This document shows, in pieces, positions 40,746-55,133 of a DNA stretch of 64,000 nt. Below the pieces are notes generated by a model. It searched no databases and was not told the DNA's origin. It saw only the letters and a list, made by a program, of their open reading frames with translations. Origin of the DNA: the human T2T-CHM13v2.0 reference genome, Homo sapiens; the NCBI RefSeq assembly GCF_009914755.1, contig NC_060930.1; one strand, 5' to 3'. The translations under genes were made by a program, and so were the position numbers. The first letter of the stretch is position 1. Each line of letters begins with the position of its first letter.

Positions 40746-40979
40746 CTGAGAAATTAAATGGACCTGTCTTGCAGAACTGTTCTTCTTCTAACTAGGGATC
40801 TGGAGGAGTCTCAAGTAAATAGGCAGATGGCCTTAGGGAGGGATGTCTGGAAGCACCTGTTTGGAGTCCCAGCAGGTTGGTGGTTTTCTGTCTGTAGGTC
40901 TGGCAGCTGGGCATGGTAACTTAGCCATGGAAAGGGGCTGCAAGAGGAGGTCCTCAGTGCTCAGACCCAGGGCAGAGGA

Positions 40980-41478
40980 CTGTGTGGCTCCTGTTTGTTT
41001 CTCCAGATCTACTCTCTACACGCCTTCACCCTGCTCTCTGTTTGGGATGGAATCAAAGGACCCCTTTGCCCCCTGGCTTATGGTTGCCTTTTGCCAATGG
41101 AAGCAGTGACAGAGGATCAGATTAGAGGTAGAAGGGGAGTGAGGAAGGAGAGTGAAGAGGGATAAATTCTCCTTCTGCCTCTGATCCTCTGTCGCTGCTT
41201 CCACTGCCACCTACTGCTTCCATTGGCAAAAGGAAGGATGCCGTGAGGTTGCCATGAGCATGCTGCAGCCTTCCAGTCTCCTATAAGACAGCTTCCCCAT
41301 GGGGTCCTTTTCCTATTCCTCCTCTTGCCCCTTCTGACCTAGCCCCAGGTACAGTACTGTATTACTTACCTTCTCTTATACCTTTTCCATACCTTTGTTG
41401 ATGGTCTCCTTGTTGGACTCCTCACATTACCCAGTTTGAGTGTGCTTTCTATTTCCTGATGGGCTCCTGGCTGATCAG
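40980..41478 (+). mobile_element. ERVL LTR (LTR33/LTR16 family) with internal fold-back rearrangement
   Basis: 'cccctttgccccctggcttatggttgccttttgccaatgg' and 3' end 'attacccagtttgagtgtgctttctatttcctgatggg...ctgatca'. Confidence 0.65.
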
Positions 41479-41840
41479 ACCTGACCCCAGAGGACCTGGG
41501 TACCAGAATCTAATGCCTGGATTAAGGCACATGAGCAAGACGCAGACCCTGCAAATGGAATTGAAATTACAATGACCTAGAACAAGGGAGATAGGGCCAA
41601 GCATGCCCTAGTGAACGAGGGACCCAAATGGGGTAGGACTGGGAAGAAATCTGACTTGAGACTGATGGGCTAGGACTCTGCTAGAAGGGCCCTTCTGGTC
41701 TTCCAGGAGACAAGACTATTCACAGACGCTGCAAATTGGTGGTGCAAGGAAGGCAGCAGGAGCTCAATAGGGTACAGAGTCTAAGGAGAGCTGGAGGCAT
41801 GAACCAAGCAGAGTGGCTGGGTGTTTGAATCCTTGCTTCT

Positions 41841-42005
41841 AGTGGCAGAGACTGACCGGCTATACATCGAACCCATTTTTATTTCCTCCTGGGCACATGG
41901 ACTATGGTCCTCGTGTTCTTGAGTTCTAGCCAATGGAATGTGGGCAGAAGGGATGTGCTAGCCCTTAAACCTTCCTTACTCTCTCCCACCTCTTGCCTGC
42001 TGTAA
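41841..42005 (+). mobile_element. Old MLT1 LTR fragment (MLT1I/J/K-type)
   Basis: 'gtggcagagactg...tcctcctgggcac...tgagttctagccaatggaatgtgggcagaag'. Confidence 0.6.
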
Positions 42006-43994
42006 GGAAGAGTCACAGTAACATCTATTATTTACTTATTCATTCTTTCATTCATTTATTTCATTCACTCCCTGAAACAAGAGCCAAGGGTACAGCCTCT
42101 CTAGGAGGTGACTCTCATGCCCTTTTATTATGCTGGCTTGATACTAATGGAGATGCGGTTGACCATTGCAAAAACCCCTGTTGAGACACAGCAGAGTTGG
42201 CCAGCATTCTTATGGTACTTCGGATGTGGATCCTGTGATGGCTACAGCATAAAACACTGCATTAGCCTCCATCTTCTATCCTTTTTCCCTTCAAAAATGA
42301 TGATCATTTCATTGAGTGCCCACCCTGCACCAGGTGCTTCTGATACTTTATGAAATATGATGTTTTAAATATGAAAATGGGGGCTTACATAATGCTGTGA
42401 CTAATTTGAGCCTTGCTCAGCAGTTAGGCAGCTTCAATCTTCTTATTAATATACAGGGAGTGGTTGCTGATAATAGGCACATTTTCAAGCCCAAAGGCAT
42501 CTTGACAGTGCATGCTGAGGATTGGGGGAAATAGGAAACCTCCAAGGAATACTCCTGATATCTTTGCATCTGTATACACATATGAGTTGTCTTAGTGTTT
42601 TTACCATAGAAGATCCTTAAAAGTTGACACAGGCAGGCTCTGGGTATGTGCATCGAGAGATATTTCCCAGAGTCTGTTTTTTTGACATCCTTTCACCATC
42701 ATTTTATCTCTTAGCAGGAATCAGTTGCCCAACAACTCCTGTGATCATCTGCAAACCTCTTTACAGTTTTCAGTGTCTCAAGGTAATACATAAAGAAGGA
42801 AGAAACAAAAGAGTATGAGTATCACTATTCATGGATACTAATTACCAAATGTACTTTTTTGAATTAAATCCTTGTTTGAATGGAGGTTGCACAGAGATGA
42901 ATGTTTTGTTAGCAGACTTCTCGAGGCCATGGCAGGTTTAAATAATTTTGCGCCACGGGAGACAAATTTTCCTGATGTTGGAATCCTAATGTGGGTGAAC
43001 CATGTGAAATGCTGCTTTCAGCAAGGAGCTGACTTCCCAGGCTCCCTTTTCTGAGGGAGTTGGGCAGAGTTGGGGTGGTGACAGTATGGTGGAGGCAGAA
43101 GCTTCTATGTCCTGATTCCCTTGTACTAGAAATTTCATTACAGATACTTGTGCACATCAGATGCATTGTTGGATCAGAGTGTCGCATGTTCGTTCCTTCA
43201 CAGATGTTATTTCAGATTAAGCCACAGACAGCGGGGAGTGGACGTGGCATGCATTTTCCTCTTCATTTGGTAGCGTCTCATCTCCCAGCAGTCATTTGCA
43301 GAGCAACATTACTTGCATAACAATTGAGCCGATCTGATATTTTAGGTTATGATGTCAAGATATATTATACTGCAGCCTACTGACTTTATAAAAAAGTAGC
43401 CAAAGAAAGAAAATGATTAGGGCCGAGTTGGGATTGAAAGGGACCTGAGGGAATGTCATATGTTATGAGAATCTTAAAAGCTTCTAATGACCTGTTATTC
43501 CCCAAGGGCGCTTGCTACTGTGACGATTGAATTTATTTTGTACTAAACAAGCTTTGCATTTAATGCCATCTTTTTTTATGGTCTGAGACCCACAAGAATG
43601 TGTTTTACTATTTTCTGAATAAAATACTTGGTCAACAGTTTATCATGCAATCATCTTTCTTTATGCTTCCATGACTATATTTAGTAATACTATATTTTGT
43701 ATTATTAAATGTATTTATGAATTCTTCTGTTATAATACTTTTCTGTTTAAGGATGTTTGACAGTGTATATCTTAAAGGCCAAGTGTCATCTTTGCTTTTG
43801 TAAATATATTTTATAGTCTTAAACTGAAGATGTTGTTTGTGAGCATTTTCATGGCATAGAATGTATGCACAAAGCTTAGGATTAAAGTAAGCCTTTTAAA
43901 AACAGCAACCGTGATTATCACCAAATCACAGTGTTTTTAGGGTAACATGGACTATGGTCCTCGTGTGCTTCATATGAATAATCCCACCTCCCTT

Positions 43995-44095
43995 CTACCT
44001 GGTAAGCTCTATGACAGAAGATGCTGTACATAACAGGTATTCAATAAATATTTGTTGGATGGATAGATGGATTAATGGATGAATGGATGGAGGAA
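43995..44095 (+). mobile_element. L2 3' end with (TGGA)n tail
   Basis: 'acataacaggtattcaataaatatttgttggatggatagatgg'. Confidence 0.7.
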
Positions 44096-46270
44096 GTAGA
44101 TATGTGTGTGATTTGGGGTTGAGGGCCGTGCTTTTTCTGTGAGTCCAGACTTAAGTCAGGCTGTTTTGCATCACTGAGCTTCACAAACATTTACTGGAAG
44201 TCAATGTCCTGCTGTTCATGTGAAGAAACAAAAGTGCAGAGGGCTAATGAACTCTTAGGAGGATGGCACTGCTTTCCATTAAGCAAAGCCAGTGTATTTT
44301 TGGCTTAGAAAATGAGTTCAAATTTGAAATTGCTTTCTCCAAAATGGTTGCAGTCTTTCAAATTACAGAACTCTCCTGGAAATTGGAGAATAAATAAAAA
44401 TGCAAGGATCCTTGCTTTGGTGAGTAAGCTCACAAGGATGGAAATAGGCACAAAAAGTGGCAGTGTCTCTGAATTATCACTGAGTGTGAGTTTCTAAGAG
44501 AACAAATCACTTTCACGCAGCCTTGACAATCACTTGGTTAGCTCAACCCCAGGAAAGGCTATGAACAGGGCTGGGAAGCAGAAATAATGCATTATTTTGT
44601 TGAGCTTATTAACATTTGGGCAGAAAGGATAGATTCCTTTTACATAGTTAGGCATCATTTTAACATGTACATTATAGGTGGTGGCTTTTTTGTAACAGAA
44701 ATAAGTGTAGCTATCCCTTAACAGGAGCAATTTCCCTTCATATTTCTTGCAGCTCTTGTCCCATGAGGCGACAGATGAGTATGTGATAGCAATACTGATT
44801 CCAGTGCTGAGATGCCATCTGATCCACTGGGAGAGCTGGTGGATTCAAATCAATGTCAGCTCATGCCTTCTGGGCAGCAGTCTTTCAGTGCAGGATTTAC
44901 TCTATGGATCAGAAAAACAGCTGGTGACTTGCAATATATTATACAAAAGACCTTTAAAATGTTTTGTTGTTTCCAGCTATGATGTAGTGTGAGTCACTTC
45001 AATTTTTTTTATTTGTGTGCCTTTCTGATGGAACAAAATTCCGTTAAGCAACTGGTAAAAACATAATAGTAATTTAAACTGGTGTCTGTAGAATATTGAG
45101 ACTGAAGAGTGATTAGAAATAAGGTTTTACTTTAATGTGCATTTTTAGTGTAAAAATTTTACCCATGGAAAGCATTTATTGGAAATCCTCTCCTGAGATT
45201 CCCTGTAAAATATAAGCATATGCCAAAGCCAATAATCCTTGTGGGTTACTTGGAATTATTGGAAAAGAATAATTTTTACCGAGTTATTTTGCTAAGTTGT
45301 GGGTTACAGTTATTTGTTTCCAGGGTATATTGTTTGTACATGACAGAATTTTGGACTTTCTTCTTTCCTTTAGGTCAAGTTTTTTCCCCATAAAAGATGT
45401 ATAATAATTCATATTAACATTAAAACATTTATTTTGGGAGGAAATACTCAATGCTTTTAGTCCCAGAACTAGTCTTCTTTCCCTCACTGAGTCATTTTTG
45501 GTTTTTATACTTTGGTTTTTCATGGGTTTTTTTAAATGAGGTTTCTTTCTCACTTTAAAAAAAAAAGTATTTTCTGTCTCTGTAGTCCAAGTTTCTGGTA
45601 ACAATTAGGATCACTAGTACAGAAATACAATGTATGTCTAGAAAAATGTACAAAAATAAACTAGCAAGATTCTTGGATGGTCTGGATACCTAAAAGACAA
45701 GGGATTTGAAATTTTCTGAGTGTTTGGTGAGTCCAGTTAGTGGCTATTTGGTATCAAGTGGGTATCCCAAATCTGATGTGATTAGCCAAATTTCCACACC
45801 AATCATCCAGAGCCAATGCCAGAATGACGACCTCGCATACATCAATTCAATGGCTATGGTTTCCCAGTTGCTTTCTGTAGTTCTCTGTTGAATACTTTAA
45901 TGAAATAACTAAATAGACGCCAGCCATCTTGGGCATCTCTGTGGATGAAGAGCTATGTGAAATACTATCATACTCAATATTTGTAGGGGGTGAGTCTTAA
46001 GTCTGTGGTCCTGTCAAGGAGTTCCTCACTACATTTGACTGCAAGCATAATTAGCAATTGGTGTTCAGTGTGCAAGGAACTTTGATTGATTGGGCTGTGT
46101 TTTAGGCCTTGTCAACATGAACAAAACATATCATCAGGTTCGTCCATCTTGCTTAGCTACTTTTATATGTACTTGAATATTCCAGCAATACTAATTTCCA
46201 CTGATCAATTAAGGAAGCAATCCTAAAGGAAGATGAGATTAAAAGAAGGAAAAAGAATCACAAACCAAAA

Positions 46271-46570
46271 GAGCATTTCCTGAAGTGTGTCCAAGAACAC
46301 TAATTATTGGAGAAGTTATTAAGATTTGGGTTGGGGGGAGGTGGGTAACCCAGTGAAATAAGTTTGAGAAATGCTGAGATAAGCCAAGTTAGCATTTTTT
46401 TCCTATATTTTAGGGCTCATCAGAGCTTTTAACATGCCATGAACATTATAAATCTCAAAAAGGGAGACCTAGCTTCCCCAACTTAATGGAACACCTCCTC
46501 TACATCCCACCATCTGATTTTTTTCCCCAAAGAATATTTTGAAAAACAACCTTTTGGGATGTTTGCTTAA
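46271..46570 (-). mobile_element. MER103C-like DNA transposon
   Basis: 'tttcctgaagtgtgtccaagaacacta...aaataagtttgagaaatgctg...cagagctttaacatgc...aatctcaaaaggg'. Confidence 0.6.
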
Positions 46571-46649
46571 TACATGTGGACTTAAAATTAAATAATAATT
46601 ATAAATAATTAAATTCAGTTGTGTTCTTGGAATCATAAATTTATTTGAC

Positions 46650-46870
46650 TTATCATTTATTGAAAGCCTGCTATGTGCCAGACACTGAGCTAAGTACTTT
46701 TACATATATTAAAATTGTAATAGCCCCATGAAGTAGGTGCTATTTTACCATTTTAATGAATAAGGCACTGAAGCTTAGAGAAGCCTGGTGATTTTCCCAA
46801 GTTTGCAGAAGTAGGAAGTAGTGAAGGTAGAATCCAAACTTAGGCCATAACTGATAACCATGATACTATA
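46650..46870 (-). mobile_element. MIR
   Basis: 'catttattgaaagcctgctatgtgccagacactgagctaagtactttacat...cactgaagcttagaga'. Confidence 0.82.
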
Positions 46871-49649
46871 ACAAATAGTCTAAATAAAATAATAAAAATT
46901 GTGTGTTTATGTCTGTAAGAGAAAGCTGGACCACAGCTTTTTAGATCCAGAGAAAGGTGGACCTAAAAATTTTCAGGAATTATTAAATCCAGTTCTCAAT
47001 GTTTAGAGACCCAGAACAGTGATATCATTTTCTAATGATACACCACTAATTGATGAACAGGAAGGAGCTGGAACCATACTCTTTTTGACTCTTTGATGAT
47101 AAGATGCCACGTCATTCTTGATGGCTTTTTAATTAGTTGACTTCAGAAAACGAAACAAGATAATATTGCTTTTAAAAGTTTAGATCTGTTTTGTTAGTAG
47201 ATTATAGGAATTTGCTATTAGGTTCATTGTTTCATGATGAAACATTGCAAATGTTCATTGGAAATGTTTCATACCAAAAAACAGACTATAAATAAAAGGT
47301 TATTTAAAATATTTAAAATCATGTGAGTGTGAAGGTGAGTGAGAAAATATAGTGTCCAGGAAAAGTAATGTCAAACAATAGCATTTGAATAATAAATGAC
47401 TCAACCGAAGTAGAATATAGGCTTTTTTTTTCTTGAGGATCAAAGCACAACCTCAGCTTTATTTATAGGGGTAATAGTCATCTCTGTAGTGTGAAATGAA
47501 ATGGGGCACTATTATGTTGCTGCACAGTCTAAATTTCTACTCTTACATACATTATATTACATTAAGGCAATATGTTTCAGTAGCCATCTGTTTAAATGAA
47601 AATAACTCTGGAGCAGAAATACGTAAAGCAGTTTCTCAAATATTAAACCCAGTCTGAGCTTGGGCTTGGCATATCTCTTTTTATTGGTGTCAGGAAATAT
47701 AAAAGATAAATTTTGATGGGAGGAGGCTCATATGGAAATGGTCAGAAAATGAAAGAATGCCTGGGGCAGGCAGTCTAAGTACAGGCAGCAATTTATCCCA
47801 GAAGAAAGGAATGTAGGAAGTGAGGTCACCCAGAGGAAAGATGATCCTAGGAGATGCTGGATGGTGCTAAAGACAGTATTCAATATCGTAACTTTCAACG
47901 ATATAATCCAATCTTAGGGATTGCCTCTTTACCATAGAGAAACATATATTTACAAGCCTCTCAGCTTTTGTAAATTGTTACACTTTTTTTAAATGGTTGG
48001 GTAAAGGAAAGTCTGGAGGAATCTAACTCTAGCACTGTCCTTGAGCAGCTCTCATCAAGTATAACAGCTGCTGTGTATGTAAGAGAAGTGGGGGATGACT
48101 GGGAAAGTTGTTCCAGTGTGATCTCCTGAAATAGATAGAAGACTTGCAATTTCACACCAAGATCCACAGCCTGGCCTTGTTTTCTAGTTGCAGATCTGAA
48201 GTAGTAGTAGTCCATCTGTCAGCCTGACATCTTTTTATGCTCCCTTTCAATCACTCCCAGAGGAAAAAAAATATTTTAGATTGATTCTGATTTTGGTAAC
48301 TTTCTTATTACCTATCAGTTTAAAAACATTAAAAGATAGTAGCAGATTTCATTTTCTCTCATCCTGCAGGTTTTTAAAGTTGGAATTTTACCCATTCTAT
48401 TTGGGTCCTAGGAATAGTGATATAACTGACAGACAGCTGACTAATAAATGAACTGGAGAACAACTATTCTATTTGTCTTTACATAAATTCTTTAAAAAAT
48501 GATAGAATTGGTTTATTCATTCACTAAACAGACATGAACCAAGCGCATAACAGAACACTGGAAAGTTAAATTCCTATGAGGGAGATGTCATTCTGGGCTG
48601 AACAAGGCTGTGCAAGAAGAAAAGGGACCAAGAATCTGACTAAGAATGAAGATGATGATGGGCACCCTTTGTGGATGCAAAGATCAGTAGAATAGGTGTC
48701 TTGCGCCAGATAGATTCAAGTGGAAAGAGTGATGGGTGATTCAGGAAAATCCTCAAGGGCCAGGAGACTAATTAAGGTCAAGTCCTGTGGAGAGCAAAAT
48801 CCAGGAGATGTATCATCATTTGCCATATGAGGAAGTGGGGATTTGCTACCTCAGATCCCAAAAAAAGAAACTCTTTGCTTTCCATCTCACTTTGTTTTGT
48901 CTATTGTGTTAGGATGATCCTTATACATGAAAAAGCTCAAAAACTGACTCAAGATTCCAGGTTTTGGAAGAGAGCCATTCATGCAATGCCAAAGTACACA
49001 TCAAAATGTGCAACAGAGAGTGTGGAGTGACACCATCAACTAAAGAACTAGTCAAAGTTCCTACGAGCATGGCGCCATACAGCCAATCTTCCTTCTTGGT
49101 TCTCAGTGTCTTTGAGGGTAGCTCAAAGGGTCACTGTCACAGTGACCATGAATTGTACAGGAATCCTGTAGACAGTGAGAAGATCAAGCCTTAAGAAACA
49201 CCACATTTATCTATTTGGAGGTAGAGTACTGTTTGTTTTGGTTTGATTTGGTTTTTATTTGATTTGGAGGTTTTGGCTATAAAAGAGTGTCATTTTGTGA
49301 TTCAGAAATACTCACTCTTTAAAATGTTAGTTTCATTTTTAGCGTCCTCACATTCTTTTGGTTCCTTTTATTGGAATCCCATCTTATAACCTAATCCTAT
49401 TAATATTTATAGGGTCCACATGAATATGAAATTAACTAGTAGGTTCCATTTATGAAAAGGGATCAACTATTAAGTCCTATATTTTGTTCTTTAACTTTGG
49501 AATTTGATTCATGATATCTTGTAAAGCTTTGAAGTCAACTGACAGTATGACAGATTTACAAACATCTGTTTGAATTTGGAGGCCTTTCCATCTCTTCTGA
49601 TTGAAAGTAATTATACTCCTCTTCTGCACCTGTTGCATTGTTTTATGTT

Positions 49650-49800
49650 GTCATATACTCGTTGAGTGCATGTACACGTATCTGTCACGTCACTTAGATT
49701 GAAAGCTTCTTCCAGCCAGAAATTTGTGTCATTTGTCTTTGGATCCTCAGTGGTAATCAGAGTCTGGCATATAGTTTATGTTCAGTGTATTTCTAAGGAG
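49650..49800 (+). mobile_element. L2 3' fragment
   Basis: 'ttagattgaaagcttc...gtctttggatcctcagtg...agagtctggcatatagt'. Confidence 0.55.
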
Positions 49801-50257
49801 GGTAGATTTAAGGAGGGTAGAGATGACATCATCATAGTAATAAATAAGAGTAACTTTTCTTAAAGACTGGATTTCTATACTTGGGAAATGGATATTACTT
49901 TGAAGGGGAGAAGAGAGTGAGAGCAAGAGTGAGAAAAGAAGAAAATGAATGGAGTTCATGAGTACCTAGGAGTTGTTTGGCTAGAATAAAACAAGTGTTT
50001 CATTACAGGAAATGAAGATAATATAAAGAGCAGCTTAAACTTTTTTTTAGTGGACTAAGTTGAGAATCCTGTGGAGTGTAGAGTTTTCATGTCTGGGTAG
50101 TCATGCCTTTCTTATAGTTATGGAGGGTTAGGTATGAACGGGGAACATTTAACCATCTGAATTGACCATATTAACCGAAAATGGCAGTAAAGTAACCATA
50201 AATGCCAGGGAAGTAACCATGCCTACCTAGGACACATCAGTGATAAGAAAATGCTTC

Positions 50258-51040
50258 TTTCAACTTTTTAACAGATTTATTGAACTGTAATCTACATACC
50301 ATAAAGTTCACCTTTTTAAAGTGTACAATTCAAAGGTTTTTAGAATATTCGCAAAGTTGCATACCTGTCACTGTAACCTAATTTTAGAACAATTTCATCA
50401 TCCTCTCCCCAAAATAATCACTGCCCATTCTCCCCTCACTTAGTCCCAAATCCTAGGTAATGACTAACCTACTTTTCTCTGTACATTTGCCTATTCCAGA
50501 CATGTCATATAAATGGGGTCATATAATATGTGATATTTTGTGACTGGCTTCTTTCTCTTTGCATAATGTCTTTGAGTTTCATCTGTGTCATAGCATGTAT
50601 CAGTACTGCATTTCTTTTTGTTGTCAAAAAATTCCATTGTGTGGATATGTCACATTTTGTTTAATAAGTTGATGAACATTTGGATTTTTTCAATTTTTGG
50701 CTATTATAACCACTTTGTTGAAATCAATAAACCACAAATGTATGGGCTTATTTCTGGACTCTTAATTGTATTCTATTGATTTATATGCCTATCCTTATGT
50801 CAGTATCACAGAGTCTTAATTACTGTAGTTTTATAATAAGTTTTAAAGTTTGGAAGTGTGAGTGCTTCATCTTTGTTCTTTTTCAAGATTATTTTGGCTA
50901 TTTGGGTTCCTTGCATTTCTATACAAATCTTAGGATCAGGTTATTATTTTATGCAAAAAAAGGCAGTCAGTATTTTTATAAGGATTGCATTGAATCTGTA
51001 GAGGAATTTAGAGCATATTGCCATCTTTGTAATGTCAAGT
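50258..51040 (-). mobile_element. L1MB-type 3' end joined to an ORF2 fragment
   Basis: 'acagatttattgaactgtaatctacataccataaagttcacctttttaaagtgtacaattca'; then 'gggttccttgcatttctatacaaatcttaggatcag'. Confidence 0.8.
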
Positions 51041-51954
51041 GTTCCAGAGGAGTAATGTCAGCAAAATGGAGGAATATAGGAGCTTTCTACCCTCATCTCC
51101 CTACAGTGCACCAATTTAGACAGCCACCCATGAAAAAGATTAACTTTGTGGGAGTCTGAGAGTCCAGAGAAGCTTCAGCATGCTCTTGGACCAAAAATCT
51201 AAGAAGTGATGCACTGAAGAGGGTAAGAAGAACAGTTTCATTTTACCCACATTACTTCTCCCCCAATTTGGCATAGGTCAGTGACAAGAGAGACCCACGT
51301 GGTCCACAAGTTTCTCCCATGAAGGGAAGTAAAAAGCATAGTGAATGAGCTCCTGGCCTTCCCAGCTGTGCAGGATGCACTCAAGAGGCCTATCTCTTTC
51401 TTGCCCCACCCAGAATACTGAAAAAAAATCAGCATAACTGAGTAGCTGGGGGAGCCTGGGAGCAGGGAAGAGAGGAAGGGATTCACAGCAACTAACCAGG
51501 AAACTCAACAAAGGGCCATGTAACCTACTAACCGTCTTCTCAGATTCCATCAGGTAGTCCACTTAAAAGCCATTTGGGATGCCTCAACAGCACACCCACT
51601 CCAAATGTCCCCATGAGGACTTCCAATGTTTGTCATGGCTCACCTTCACACACACTCTGTGACTGGATCCCTGTGCATTTCCCTCTCATCCCCTCCAGTC
51701 TTCCTCCCAATGCACAGTGAGTGTGAGCCTTTGCAGATGGCTTGGGAGCCTGCACAATCAGCCAGCTTGCCTCTGCAAGACTGGGAGAAGGCACATAAAC
51801 TTGAGCATTTTTTTCCCTAGGGCATCACCCTGAGGAAAAAAGCAGAGGCACTGAGCATCCACTGTGACTCAGTGAGACTGTGAGAAGGCATACAATCTTA
51901 AGATACGAAAGAGAAGATGAGAGTGGGTTGGATGCATCCATAGCAAAGGTCTGA

Positions 51955-52345
<391 letters not shown>

Positions 52346-52666
52346 CCAGAGAATACCTAGCTGGGCTGACTGGCCAAGTTATTTCTCTCCCTAAGCCAGT
52401 CAGTAAGAATTAGAGGAAGTGACTGCTTATTTAAATGCAAAGACAGCAGTACAAAACTTCAAGGAACATGAAAAACTAAGGAAACATGATATCATCAATG
52501 GAACACAATAAATTTCCCATAACTAACCCCAAAGAAAGGAAGATTTATGAATTGCTTGACAGTAGTATTCAAAAATCATTGTTTAAAGAAGGCTCAGTGA
52601 GCTATAAGAGAAGCACAGACAACTAAAAAAAAAAATCAGAAAAAGTACATAAGCAAAATGAGAAGC

Positions 52667-53003
<337 letters not shown>

Positions 53004-54779
53004 TAAACAAACTCTTGGATACAATGAATGAAATAAAAAATGCAATAGAGAGGCAACAACAGACTTGATCAAACAAAAGACAGAATTTGTGGACTCAAAG
53101 ACAGGTCACTTGAAATTATGCAGTCAAAGGAGAAAAGAAGAAAAAAGAATTGAACAAAGAAAGCTTATGGGATTTACAAGTCACCACCAAACAAAAGAAT
53201 ATATGCATTATAGGAGTCTCCAAATGAGAATAAAGAGAGGAAGGAAAATAAGTTTATTTAAAGAAATCATAGCTAAAATTTTTCCAAGTGCAGTGAAATA
53301 TGGACATCCAGATACATGAGGCCCAAAGGTTCCCAAACAGGTTCAAGCCAAAAAAAACTTCACCAAGACATATTATAATCAAATGTCAAAAAGCAAAGAT
53401 GATGGATTTTGAAAGTAGTATGAAAAGAGACCTATCACATGCAAGGAGACCTTCATTAGACTGTCAGAAGATTTCTTAGCAGAAACCCCAGCAGACCAGG
53501 AAAGAGTGGGATGATATAGTCAAAGTGCTAAAAGAAAAAAAAATGCCAACCAGAAATACTTTATCTAGCAAAGCTGTCCTTCAGAAATGAAGGAAAAATA
53601 AACATTTTTCCAGACAAACAAAAGCTGAAGGAGTTCATCACCACTAGACTTGACTTACAAAAAATGATAAAGGGAGTTCTTCAAGCTGAAATGAGAAGAC
53701 ACTAATTAATAACATCATTGGTCAAGGTAAGTAAGAGTAAGTAAGTACAGTCAAATTCAGAATACTCTAATACTGTAATGATGATGTATAAATCACTTTT
53801 AGCTCTAGTATAACAGTTAAAATACAAAAGTATTAAAAATAACTATAGCTACAATAATTTGTTAATGGATACACAATATAAAAAGAAGTAAAGTCTGACA
53901 TTAAAAACATAAAATGAGAAAGTAAAAGTGGAGAGTTGTTGTATGCAATTGAAGTTAAGTTGTTATAAGCTTAAAATACACTTTATAACTATAATATGTT
54001 ATATGCAAGCCCCATGGTAACCACGAAACAAAAACCTATAGTAGACCACAAAATATAAAGATAATCAAAACATACAGTATTTTTTTAAAAAATCATCAAA
54101 TCACAAAGGAAAATAGCAAGAGAAGAAGAAAGGAATATAAGTAAGAACTACAAAACAGTCAGAAAAGGATTACTAAAATGTCAGTAGTAAGTCTTTTCAT
54201 ATCAATAATTACTTTAAGTGTAAATGAGCTAAATTCTCCATTTGAAAGACAAAGAATGGCTAAATGGATTTTTTTTTTTAATCTGCTACCTAGAAGAGAC
54301 TCACTCTAACTTCAAGTTACACCTAGGTTTATGTGAAGGAATAGGAAAAGATACTCCATGCAAATGGAAACCAAAAGAGAACAGGGTAACTATACTAATA
54401 TCAGACAAAAAAGAGCTTAAGTCAAAAATTGAAACAAGAAACCAAGAAGGTCGATATATAATAATAAAGGGATAATTTCATCAAGAGGATATAATAAGTT
54501 TATATACATCTAACATCAGAGCATCTAAATATAAAAGCAGTTTTAATGTATCTGAAGGGAGAAATAGAAAGCAATACAATAATAGTAGAGGACTTCAATA
54601 CCCCACTTTCAACAATGGGAAGATCATGCAGTCAAAAAAATTAATAAGGAAACATTGGACTTCAACTATACTTTAGACCAAATGGACTGAACATACATAT
54701 ACAGAACATTTCATCTAACAGCATCAGAGTACACATGCATGTCAAGCACACATAGAACATTCTCCAGGATCCTTATATG

Positions 54780-55133
54780 TGTCTTAGCCCTTTTGGGCTG
54801 CTATAACAAAATGCCATAAACTAAATGGCTTTTAAACAACAGAAATGTATTTCTCACAGTTCTGGAGGCTGGGAAGTTCAAGATAAAGGTGGCAGAAGAT
54901 TTACTGTCTAGTGAGGGTCCGCTTATTGGCTCATGGACAGCTGTCCTCACTAATGGAAGGGGCAAGAGCTTCTTATATAAGGACACTAATCCCATTCATG
55001 AGGGCTCCACCTCATGACCTAGTCACCTCCGAAAGGCCCTGGCTCCTAATTATCATATCATATCATAAAATGTATTGATTATTACATTTTAACATGTGAA
55101 ATGTAGGGAGGCATAAACTTTCAGTTTATAGCA
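54780..55133 (-). mobile_element. MaLR LTR MLT1A-type inserted in L1 ORF2
   Basis: 'tgtcttag...gctgctataacaaaatgccataaact...cactaatcccattcatgagggctccac...tatagca'; near-TSD atatg/atata. Confidence 0.87.

Noticed and set aside
49129-49147. 9-bp perfect hairpin ggtcactgt-c-acagtgacc, and similar small palindromes near 47227
   Set aside because: Too short to distinguish from chance in 64 kb
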